Source: Psammoneis japonica
Lineage: Eukaryota
Length of the DNA stretch: 35,737 nt
Direction: 5' to 3'
Assembly: GCA_008632985.1 (NCBI GenBank)
Contig: QPGO01000246.1
Location: 62,001 to 97,737 of the forward strand
In this document: positions 21,598 to 32,327 of the stretch, piece after piece
Layout of the letters: each line of letters starts with the position of its first letter
How positions within the stretch are numbered: position 1 is the stretch's first letter
The notes under the pieces: model-generated
What the model saw: the letters and a program-made list of their open reading frames with translations, nothing else
Databases searched by the model: none
Told to the model about the DNA's origin: nothing
Program-made: the position numbers and the translations under genes

Positions 21598-23628
21598 ATG
21601 TTCAGTTTTGTCACGCGTCTTGTGTTTGGGCTCACGGTTGTCCTTATCTACACGAATAGTGTCTGTAGTTGCAAAGCGGTTGCTGGGGAGAAAAGGCGGC
21701 TTGATGATGTTGATGACTATGATCCCGTGTATTGCGGAAGTTGTGGACAAGGTCTTAAGGATGAACTCAAGAAGGTTGACTCCAAATCGTTTCCTTACGG
21801 GTACGACTGGGCTATCCAATCTATATATAATGGGAAGCCGACGCTGATTGTGTTCAGCCACACAGGCATGATGTTAGAACAGATTGAAGGGGAACAAATG
21901 GTAGATCGAAAATGCACAATATTGCGACGAACTTCACCCAAACGTCAAAGAGAAGTGACTTGTAGGTCACTGCCGGAGTCATGTATCGGACCGGACTGTC
22001 TGGGACCAGAAACAAGCGTACCTACACTGAAACCAAGTCATCCTCCGACTGGATCGCCGACCACAACGCCGTCCAGGTTGCCGACACAAAGACCAACAAC
22101 AAAGCCATCAAACTCTCCCACTCCATTGCGCACAAACTCACCGACGATTCCTCCAACATCAATCCCAACTCCCGATCCTACACGTGTGCCAACCTCTGCT
22201 CCCACTAACGCACCAACGCGTTTGCCCACATCATCGCCCGCCCGAACTACCGCATCTTCTACGAGAGAAAAACCGTTTGCAAGCCAAATGACTGGGCAGA
22301 TGTGTTCTTCTAACAACGAATGTGCCTCCCAAACTTGCCGTAATGGAGTTTGCATGGCGTCTTCTGACTGCTATCCAGTGAAACACAAGTATGGTAAACC
22401 GTTTGACACCAACACCATCAATGTGGTTTTTGTGGCGTCTGGGTTCACCAAGACCACACAAAATGCATGGCGAGCGCAGGTCGACAAGACCTACCAGCTC
22501 TTTACAAGATACAACATGTTTTCTGAACAAGTGGAATCACTCAATGTATTCTTCGTCGATCCGACTTTTTCGGCCAGTGGCGAATCGAACTCATTCTGCC
22601 ATTTTGGTTGTTCCGGCATTGATCGATTGCTTTGTTGTGATGTTGACCAAGTCCATAGGTTAGCGAGTAAATGCTTCCCCGTAGGCTCGAACCTCCAAAC
22701 CGTCGCTGTCCACAACTCTCCCATCTATGGCGGCGCGGGATACACCAATGCCAATATTGCAACGATCTCCATGCATGCATCATCTCCTTACGTTGCTGTT
22801 CATGAGCTAGGTCACTCGCTATTTGAATTGACTGATGAGTACATTTCTGGTGATGGTAATGATTCGGAACCAAACTGTGATAGCCGAAGCTGCGACAAGT
22901 GGGCAGATCTGATTGGAAGAAAAAACACCCCTGCAGGCTATAAGACTGTACGATGTATTCCTGGTTGCGGAGAAAACAAGTACTTTGTCGCAACCAATTC
23001 CATAATGAATGATGTAACGAAGCCGGTTGGAGCCGTAAATGATCGATTCACTTGCTGCACCTACCTTGCCTTGACGAAAAGCATGCCATCTTACTGTCTG
23101 GCGTTTGAAACTTCCCCTGGTTACTTGCTTCAATACTGCCAAACGAATGATTACCAACATTATGGAAGCTCAAATTATGACTCTGAAGAGCTTATGGCTA
23201 TCCCTGGCTATACCAGCCAAGACAAAGCCACTGACAAGTATAAGCGGGTGTCGGATCCGGTTCTAGTAACCATCACCGCAAAGGTGAAACGGACGGGTAA
23301 CACGGTATTCAAGGCAAAGCAGATCCCATTGCAGCCGGGCATGTTCGCGAAGTCTCAGGTCGAGGGTGACTTTCCAAGTCCCAAGGTCGCCGCGAAAAAG
23401 GGAGTCGATACGCTTCTAAAAGTCATGACCACGTATCGAACCGGGAAGGAGACAATGTTCTTTTCGCTTAACACGACAATCGAAGTCCCATTTCCTGATC
23501 CAAATGACAAGACTTCACCACGAGACAAGCGTCTTCGTGTCTCTGAGAAGTCAGCGGCAATAGAATTGGTTGTCGATACGAAAGGTCGGGAATTGAAAAA
23601 GATCCGTACAAAGCTAATAAACGTGTAA
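21598..23628 (+). CDS. Secreted zinc metallopeptidase, M64 (IgA peptidase)-like, with a Pro/Thr-rich linker and a Cys-rich module
   Basis: Signal peptide; PTxxPT repeats; CSSNNECASQTCRNGVC; INVVFVASGFT, YGGAG and HELGHSLFELTDEY motif. Confidence 0.75.
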   Translation: MFSFVTRLVFGLTVVLIYTNSVCSCKAVAGEKRRLDDVDDYDPVYCGSCGQGLKDELKKVDSKSFPYGYDWAIQSIYNGKPTLIVFSHTGMMLEQIEGEQMVDRKCTILRRTSPKRQREVTCRSLPESCIGPDCLGPETSVPTLKPSHPPTGSPTTTPSRLPTQRPTTKPSNSPTPLRTNSPTIPPTSIPTPDPTRVPTSAPTNAPTRLPTSSPARTTASSTREKPFASQMTGQMCSSNNECASQTCRNGVCMASSDCYPVKHKYGKPFDTNTINVVFVASGFTKTTQNAWRAQVDKTYQLFTRYNMFSEQVESLNVFFVDPTFSASGESNSFCHFGCSGIDRLLCCDVDQVHRLASKCFPVGSNLQTVAVHNSPIYGGAGYTNANIATISMHASSPYVAVHELGHSLFELTDEYISGDGNDSEPNCDSRSCDKWADLIGRKNTPAGYKTVRCIPGCGENKYFVATNSIMNDVTKPVGAVNDRFTCCTYLALTKSMPSYCLAFETSPGYLLQYCQTNDYQHYGSSNYDSEELMAIPGYTSQDKATDKYKRVSDPVLVTITAKVKRTGNTVFKAKQIPLQPGMFAKSQVEGDFPSPKVAAKKGVDTLLKVMTTYRTGKETMFFSLNTTIEVPFPDPNDKTSPRDKRLRVSEKSAAIELVVDTKGRELKKIRTKLINV

Positions 23629-25742
23629 GCTCACCTGTGGTTTCCTCTCATCGACTGCTTTGATGTGAAACGATATGAATAGTTTTGTCGGCAAGATTGA
23701 TTGCTCGCATGACTGCCGGACTGGAGAGATATGATCAACAGAGAGCCGATTCATCGGAACTGGACAATAAGCTAGCCAGTACCCCACAATTCTTTTTTCC
23801 CATAGCATCTCCGTCTCCACTTCTTGTACCACGATTCGTGTCGCCCAAAGAAGCCTACCGGTAGGGGTTTGATGTCGTTCATCTTCTTCTGGATCATAGT
23901 CGGCATCCCTGTTGCTGTCTTCATTTTCTAATGGACTTGACCGCGAGTGTATCAAATGACTGATAGCAATGGTCGATTTCACGAAGACTCCCCAAAACGA
24001 GGCGAAAATGTTATTCCATTTAGCTTCAAGCTGATCTTTGGTCAAGCGTCTTCTGTAGCGTATCCGCGCAATTCAAGGTGGTTGAAATGCTGGATCATCC
24101 ATGCTCAAGATTCAGGAGTACCCGAGATCTCCACACATCTTCGAGGCATTTAAAGCCGGGCACCTCCGCTGACACAAAGAAGGGACGCATAACTTTGAAG
24201 TCAGAACAAGTTCCTCTTGGAAAGTCGAAATTCCGTACAACAGTCCTGAGAACGACGGATTTTGGTGGGTTCACGTATTTCATCTATGTCCTGCGCTTGA
24301 AGATTTAGTCTCTGATATGGACTTTGGATTGCATGGATCGATCTGAACACCAAGATGCTGCAAAACAAAGGCCAACGGCCAACTTTGCACTATTACATAC
24401 AGTAAGCCTTTCTCGTTTTCTCGTATTTTTCCCAAAAATCGCCCCGCTGTATCCCCACCCCTACTGCATTAGAGTCGCAGAACCACAGTCTCTGATTTGA
24501 TGGCGGGGAGGGGGGGGGGGGGCCAATTTTTCAAAATTGATCTTTGAAATTTTCGGGGCGTCGCGGTTCTGTGATCTGTGATGCGAACCCGTCCCATGAC
24601 AGCAGTGTGACCCCTAAACATCTAATCAAAAAATGTTTGCTGTTGTGTGTCAGAGCATCAACAACGACAGACACGAAATTGGAAAATGAACAACGGGCCC
24701 GATCAGACTGAAAAGGGGGCGATTGAAAATGATGGTGGACTGCATGACAACGACACGCCATTGTCTTTTTATGAAGAAAAGCAGAGAATGGGAAATCGTC
24801 GACAACCTCAAAAAAGACTTCAAGTTGCAAATCAAGATGCGAACGAACCTGATGATTCAGAACCTCCAAGTGTGATTGCCACTCCGGTGACTCAAACACT
24901 GACGACGGATGAAGAGACGGACCTTGACACACTTTGGGAGCCCGTGCCGCATGCGCCGACAATGACACCGGATGAGCGCTTTCAGCAAATTGCAGACATG
25001 ATTGCATGTTTGCAGCATCAACAGCTGCTGTCATTTGCTCCTCATCAGAACCAAGATTCTAGCGCGACTGAATCTAACTTGTCGAATGTGGAACAAACCA
25101 TGGGATGGAAAACTCAGACTGTGAGGGCCACAGCGAGCGATCCTCCTGCTTCACTTGCGACGGCTTCCACCCAGAAACAGAACCTGCAACGCAGTCAAAA
25201 GCCAGATCCTCCAGCAATGCAATTTCTGATTGATGACATGCTGCCAAAACTCGATCCCAACTGTGAAGTGCAGAGTGACGATTTGAATGATTGGGTTCAG
25301 GAAAGATTGATTCCGGCTGTGTCTGTCCATCGCGAGGCAGGGACCGGCACGAGAGCTGATTCATCGGGATTGGACGATGGAAAGCCACCCGCCAGACACA
25401 TTGACAATCTCTTTGCAATGGATGCCAATTCGGAATTTCCAGACTTTGATGAAAGGTGGAAAAGAGCTGAGCAAAGGGTGCAATCGCTTTGTGGCAAACG
25501 TGACAGTGCGGTCAACCAGCCAACCACCACATCCAACTCATCCCCCAATCTCCCCGATGCATCAAACGCCCCATCCCAGGCAGCATCGAACAATGAGGTG
25601 ACAGAGAATGCAAGTCAATTTCATGGTGCCACTTGGATGGCTCCCGCAAAATGCACTCCAGCAGATCCCAAGGACATTGACGGCGAGCCCAAAGACGAGA
25701 CGAAAGTCCTGGTCTCTGCTCCAGATCCGGTCACTGCCCATT

Positions 25743-26099
25743 TGTGACAATTTGGCATGACTGTGGACATCTCAGGACGTCCAATCTTCTTAGAATTTCC
25801 ATGTGGCTGAGTTGGACATCGGAAAGGACAATTCAAGTGATGAACTCATGCCGTGACTCTCAGTGCATGTTCTACATGAGTGACATTCAAAGAATGTCCA
25901 TTTTCTGACGTGGCATCATCCAAGATCTTTCGGATCACAAAACGAGAGATTCACTTTTAGATTAGTTCTAGCTCACAATTTCAACTGAGCAGGAGTCAGC
26001 AAGACAACTCATTGCCATTTCACTGGCTTTTAGTGCCTTGCACTGATTGTCAGCAGCACACTCTACAGATGGGACCTGTGTCCCAGGTAGAATCTCACA
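25743..26099 (+). repeat. 5' LTR (357 bp)
   Basis: TGTGACAA...GAATCTCACA; aligns without gaps to 32328-32684. Confidence 0.95.
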
Positions 26100-26119
26100 C
26101 GCTTCCTCTGCGACCTGCT
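26098..26119 (+). other. Putative primer-binding site complementary to the 5' end / D-arm of initiator tRNA-Met
   Basis: Reverse complement AGCAGGTCGCAGAGGAAGCGTG resembles the eukaryotic tRNAiMet 5' sequence AGCAGAGTGGCGCAGCGGAAGCGTG; there is no TGG-type PBS. Confidence 0.55.
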
Positions 26120-26171
26120 TCGCAACTTCGATTTCAAGCCAGCCATTGATCGAGACCCAAGCCATCCAACA

Positions 26172-27652
26172 ATGGCAACCACCCGCACCTCGTCTGCCAT
26201 GACTGGAGCTCCTGCTTCAGCTCCCGCTGCTGCTCCTGCTGCTGCTCCAGCTGCTGCTCCTGCTGCCGCTCTGGCAGGTGCACCTGTGCCAGCACCACCA
26301 GCTCCACCGGTTCCACCAGTCCCTCCAGGAGGCGGTGGTGGAGGAGGTGCACCTCCAGTGCCTCCAGTGCCTCCGGTTCCTCCTGCAGCACCTGCTGCAG
26401 GACCCACATTCGCATTGACCCCTGGTCAGCACCGTCCAAATGACTGGACAGACTGCGGCACCTCACAAGGTCTCAAGCTCTGGAATGCTGCCACGGCTCC
26501 ACTGCCTCACGAGTTCAATGGAGACTCTGAAGGTCTCAACAAATTCTGTGAAGTTCTCAACGAACGAGCAGCAGAGTCAGGATGGAAGTCAGGAACGGGA
26601 AACATCATGTCGATCCCTGACAGCAATGGAGTCGCTCGAGACTTGATCACCGAGCATGGCAGACTTGCCGCACAAAACGTGCGCGACCATGCTGCTGCCT
26701 GCATGGCTGCTCAGTCAAGGCAAGCCCAGAACCAAGTCCAAATGGCTGAGGCGATCTCTCAGACCCTAACTGTGGAAGCCAGAGACAAGATCATCACCGA
26801 AAGTGAGCAATGCAAGATCAACGGAGTACAAGTCGGTGCACTGTTCTTCAAACTGCTCACTCAGAAGGCCATTGTGGACACTTGCTCAACCGCGAACTGC
26901 TTCCACAAGAACTTGTCCAGCCTTGACTCATGCATGTCGACCTGCAACTCGAACATCGAGGAGTTCAACAAGCACGTCAAACTCAATCATGACGGACTCA
27001 GAGCTGGGGGAGAAGGCTGCGATGACCTTGTGGTCAATCTGTTCAAAGGATGCGCAGCAGCCAGCGATCAAGCATTCGTCAAGCACATGGCTGACATGGA
27101 ACAGAAGCACGACGACGGTGAGGACTGCACTCTGGAACGAGTCATGCAGCTAGCACTCAACAAGTGCACGAACCTTGATCAAGCAGACAAGTGGGGAGCA
27201 CTCTCTCCTGAGCAGGAAAGGATTGTTGCACTCACCATGGAAGTCGAGACCATCAAGGATCACAACCTCAAGCTCTCCAAGGCTCTCAAGAGCAGTCCCA
27301 GTGAGTCCAAGGGAGGTGGTGGCAAGCAGAGCTCCAAGAACAAGAGCGAGAACCCGAAGCGCACCAAGAAACAGGACGAAGCCTGGAAGAAGACTCCGCC
27401 AAAAAGGACAGTGATCCCACGAAGACTGTCAACGGGCACAAGCATCATCACAAGAGTCAGAAGGGACGAGACTGTTGTTGGTGCAAGTGCCACTCTGCTT
27501 GGGTGGCTCACTTGCCTGATGATCCGGGAGACAAAGGTTGTCGACTTCGCAAAGCTCAAGAATCTGAAAGCGGAACGAAAGACTCCAACAAGAAAGTTTC
27601 CTGCACCAACGCTCTGGCCTCAATCATCGAGGATCTCGAGTCCGAGGAATGA
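26172..27652 (+). pseudogene. gag: gag (Ala/Pro-rich N-terminus, CHHC-type knuckle); 1-bp frameshift at ~27405
   Basis: TFALTPG, LITEHGRL, NLFKGC...SDQAF. After the shift: WCKCHSAWVAHLPDDPGDKGC...LESEE*, TGA at 27650-27652. No Tyr. Confidence 0.85.
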
Positions 27653-30600
27653 CTGGTCCGGAAGGTGCTCCGGACATGGGCATTCTGCATGAAGGCGGCA
27701 CTTGTCGCGTTCGCAATTGCCCCAGTCACCACAAGCTTCGTAGATGCCATGGCTCCACTGTTGGTGCTCACAGTGTTTACAACGCTCAACCTGCCAGAGA
27801 AGAAGTGGAAACGCGCATCTGGGTCAGCAATGACATTGGGTGAGTGGATCATTTCGCAAATCCCAGCTGACAGCATGACTGGCACACGCAAACCACGACG
27901 AAACAAGAGTCGACACTCACCGCGATACATCACTCACAAGAAGAAGGGCCACCCTGCTCGAATCGCGTGCAAGACAGCTCAATGCGAGATCACCTTTCGT
28001 GAAACAGTCTACGCTGACACCTCGACCACCACGACGCCATTCAAAAGAGAGCCAAGAACGGAGCCAGTGTCCTGCGACTCCGACTCCTTCATTGTCGGTG
28101 TCGACAACCACACAACCTGCACAATGTTGAATGACAGATCACACTTTGTCGGTGACCTGCGTCCCACAAACAAGCGGATCAAGGGAGCAGGCGGATGGTT
28201 GGACGCAGAAGGAGAGGGCACACTCAAGTGGTGCATCGAAGACGACGACGGACAGGTGCATGCGATCACCACACACGACGCACTGCATGTTCCCAACTCA
28301 CCTGTTTGCCTCCTCTGCCCTCAGCAATGGAGCCAGCAAGCTCAGGATCATTGTCCTGAACCACACGGAACGACTTCCTGTAACCAAGACAACGGCCTCC
28401 CACTCATGTGGGATCAAAGGAAGCACACGAGGCTGGTCCCTTGGACCAACAACTCCAACGTTGCACGCTTCCGTTCCGCACCCGGTGCCACTGATTGTCG
28501 GGCATTCACCGCCGCAGTCGATGCTGACAACAATGTCGAGACTGTCGAGCACGTAGCCTGTCAAACGCACGTGACACCTCCAGACGACGACAGTGACCCT
28601 GAGTCCGCGGACGCTGCGAATCACAAAGACGCCTTCACAAGTCCTGATGAGACAGGTCCTGACGAGACCCAAGGCACGTGCAACAACATTGATGAGGACG
28701 TGCCACTGTTGTTCAAACCGACAGATGCTGCACACAGATCCGACTCACCTGATGAGAACCTCAAGGATCTAGCAACCCCAGACGTCCACTCTCAACTCAA
28801 AGATCCCATCAACGTCATCCCTGACGATGATGCCCTGGCGGCCACCAACGACCAAGGTGAATTGTTGCGTTGGCACTGTCACCTTGGACGCCAATCATTC
28901 AAAATGATTGAGCTCCTAGCTGCATTGGGTGTCCTTCCGCAATGCCTCCTGAAGGTCAAGGAACCCAAATGTGCCGGCTGCCTCTGTGGCGCCATGACCA
29001 AACGCCCTTGGCGCACCAAATCCAGACGCAAGTCGAACACACATGTCGCCACAAAGCCAGGGGAGGTCACATCGGCAGATCAGCTCGAAAGCTCAACCCC
29101 AGGCTTTGTCCCTCAACTCAAAGGGAGACCCACAAAACAGTGATGCAGAGCAGCAACAGCATTTGTCAATCACTGCTCCAAACTTGGGTGCGTGTTCCTG
29201 CAATGATCACTTGCCTCCGAGGAAACCCTGAAATCCAAACATGCTTTCGAAGCCTTTGCGAGACGACATCATGTCCAAATCAAACACTGCCATGCCGACA
29301 ACGGACAATTTGCTGACAACGCTTTCATGCAAGACGTTGAGAAACAAGGACAAACCATGTCGCACTGCGGCGTCAACGCCCACTTCCAAAACGGCATCGC
29401 TGAAAAGCGAATCCGCGACCCACAAGAACAGACTCGCAAACAGCTGCTACACACGAAAGCAAGATGGCCAACGGCCATTGAGATCAATCTCTGGCCAAGT
29501 GCGCTGCGCAATTCAAACGAGCTCAAGAACAAATTGCCCAACCACGAAGATGGCAGCTCTCCAATCGAACGATTTGCCTCCGTCAAGGTCGCTCCAAATC
29601 TCAAACAACACCACACTTTCGGATGCCCCGTCTGTGCGCTTGACAACCGACTGCAGAGTGGACAGAGAGCACCCAAGTGGCAATCAAGAGCAAGGTTAGG
29701 AATCAACTTGGGACCATCTCCGAGACACGCTGGATCAGTCAATTTAGTGCTCAACCTCGAGACTGGACTTGCCTCTCCGCAATTTCATGTTCAATTCGAT
29801 GACTTCTTCGAGACGGCACGGCCTTCAGCAGGAAATGCACCTACATTCTCGCAATGGCAAACTGCACCAGGACTCAAGAAGCAAAGAGCATTGAGGTTCA
29901 ACATCTTCAAGCCACAAAGGGAAGCAAGGGAGCCTCGCTCCGCTGTGCCAGCGCAGAACACTTCGACACCGGAACCCAATGTTCCGCAACAACTCAAAGA
30001 CGAGCATTTCCCTGTCACTGAAGACGAGACACCCGAATCAGCAGAAGACACGACACCTGAAGACTCTCAAGAGACAGTGCCAGAACAACCAAGTGTCAGC
30101 AGGGCTGGCAGAGTGCGCAAACCAATGCAACGAATGGTGGAAAGTCAACAACAATGAGCCGCTGGCATCGCATCGCATCTGTCGACCTGTTGCGAGTGCT
30201 GCGATGCAATGCACGAGGACGACTGCAAGATGCAAGATGACATGGACTCACCTTTCGCCTTCTCAGCCAGAACCGACCCAGATGCCATGTGTTTTGATCA
30301 AGCTGTGAATGAACCAGACCGAGATGAGTTCGTCAAGGCTTGCATCAAGGAAGTCAATGATCACATTGAACAAAAACACTGGAAACTGATTCCTGTCAAA
30401 GAAGTTCCAGAGGGAGTCGACATGCTCCCAGCGGTGTGGTCTGTGAAGAGAAAAAGAGACATCAAGACAAGAAAAGTGCACAAGCACAAGTCAAGGCTCA
30501 ATCTGCACGGCAGAAAACAAGAGCATGCAGTCAATTGTTTTCAGACTTGTGCAGCAGTTGTCAATTGGAACACTGTGCGGTTCCCACTCATGCCGTCCAT

Positions 30601-32284
30601 TCTGAACAGATGGCACACTCGCCAAGTCGACTTCGTTCTTGCCCATCCTCATGCCGACATCGAATTTGACATGCACATGGAGCCACCAAAAGGCATCGAA
30701 ACCAAACGCGGCAATGGCAGAACCCATGTGTTGAAATCACTCAAGAACCTGCATGGACAGAAACAAGCAGGGAGAGCATGGGGTGAGCACTTGCGAGAAG
30801 GATTGTTGAAAATTGGATTCAAACAATCAAAAGTCGACGAATGCCTTCATCATCGAGGAAATGTTGTTTTCGCACACCACGTCGACAATGGCACATTTGC
30901 ATCACCAGACAAGGATGCCATTGACAAGGCGATCGAAGATGTCCGCAATGCGAACTTTGACATCGATGATCAAGGAAATGTTGACGACTGCCTTGGTGTC
31001 AACATCGAGACACTGCCTGATGGCAGAATGAAACTGACGCAACCACAAATGATCAAGCAAATGCTCGAAATGGTGAACTTGCCTCATCGTGTGCCGGACA
31101 AGCAGACTCCAGCAGCATCTTCAAAGATGCTACATCGACATGAGAACGAAGAATCTTTTGGACGCATTCCAGACGCAGGTGGGAATCCGTGTGACATTGG
31201 GCCCGTGGACTTCTACGTGCGAGCTCCACAGCAAAATTGTGCGGCAATTAAAATGTCAATGATCGCCAACAGAAAATGAGGCAATTTTGTGAACGCACAA
31301 ACTCGCACATGATTGAAGCACATCATTTTTTACTTGGCCAGTTACATTCTTCAGACATTGAAGAATGTAACTGGCGCATTGTTGTTTCTACAAATTTGTC
31401 ATGTAAAACGTCTGGGGCTTCGCAAAACAGCGAGTCTGGACAATTTTTTTTAAATGTCACACGTAGAAATCTACGTGCGAAACATACGACGGATGACAAA
31501 AATTGTTGTTGTCACACGTCAGCACTGCGAGCTCCCACCCAGGGCTGGAACGCGTCTTTGATGGATCCTTTGACTGTCGCAGCATCATTGGCAAATTGAA
31601 TTTCCTGGAGAAGAGCACTCGACCCGATGTCGCGTGCGCTGTGCATCAAGTCGCGCGATTTTCAAGTGACCCCAAACGATCACACAGTGAGGCAGTGCCA
31701 TGGCTCTGCAAGTGCTTGCGAGCAACCAGACACGAAGGTGTCATTCTGGACCCAATGGAAGACAAGTCATTGGAAGTTCACGCCGATGCCGACTTCGCAG
31801 GCAATTGGAACAAAATGACTGCCCCTTGTAACGTCAGCACTTCAAAGTCCAGGGCAGGGCATGTTGTCAACTGCGCAGACTGCACTGTCGTTTGGACATC
31901 TGAGCTTCAGACACAAATCGCGCTAAGTGCAACAGAAGCCGAACACATCGCTTTGTCCGAGAGCCTCCGAAGCGCCATTCCTGTCATCAATTTGATCAAG
32001 GAATTTCAAGAGCATGGACACAAGGCACCATCCAAGACTCCTTTGGTTCATTGCAAGGCATTCGAGGACAATTCAGGTGCATTGGAAATTGCAAGACTGC
32101 CCAAGATGAGACCAAGAACCAAGCATTTCAATCTGGCGCTGCATCATTTCAAGGAACATGTTGGGAAGGGAGAGTCATTTCCATTCCACCCATTGACACC
32201 ACTGAACAAATTGCAGACATGGAGACCAAGCCAGTGCCTCAAAACATGTTTGTTCGCCTTCGAAAGAAGCTGCTCAAGTGGTGA
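27653..32284 (+). pseudogene. pol: pol (protease, integrase, RT, RNase H); stops, frameshifts and a MITE insertion
   Basis: PR IVGVDN; INT WH..LG..SF...CAGC, SADQLES, HADNG, QNGIAEKRIR, FGCPV, SPQFHV; RT QVDFVLAHP, KNLHGQKQAG, HHVDNG; RH ADADFAG, IALSATEAE, FEDNSGAL, RTKHF, IADM. TGA at 29141 and 29204. Confidence 0.92.
31161..31556. mobile_element. 396-bp MITE / non-autonomous DNA transposon nested in the RT region
   Basis: Imperfect 24-bp TIRs (GACGCATTCCAGACGCAGGTGGGA vs reverse complement GACGCGTTCCAGCCCTGGGTGGGA); 4-bp TSD TTTG (31157-31160, 31557-31560). Excision restores EESFDGSFD. Confidence 0.88.
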
Positions 32285-32319
32285 TTTTAGATCAAGTCAC
32301 AGCTTCACCCGACACTTTC

Positions 32320-32327
32320 AAAGGGAG
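32320..32327 (+). other. Polypurine tract
   Basis: AAAGGGAG immediately before the TG of the 3' LTR. Confidence 0.8.

Noticed and set aside
23614..24400. Minus-strand ORF fragments downstream of the peptidase
   Set aside because: No recognisable domain or consistent exon structure; could be a decayed gene but is unsupported.
26215..26400. GCT/CCT-rich tandem-like repeats
   Set aside because: They simply encode the Ala/Pro/Gly low-complexity N-terminus of Gag; not an array or CRISPR.
26172..32284. Alternative genetic code or ADAR-type RNA editing as the reason Tyr is missing
   Set aside because: Host genes use TAY normally; changes occur on both strands (Cys and His), affect non-coding DNA, and differ between the two LTRs.
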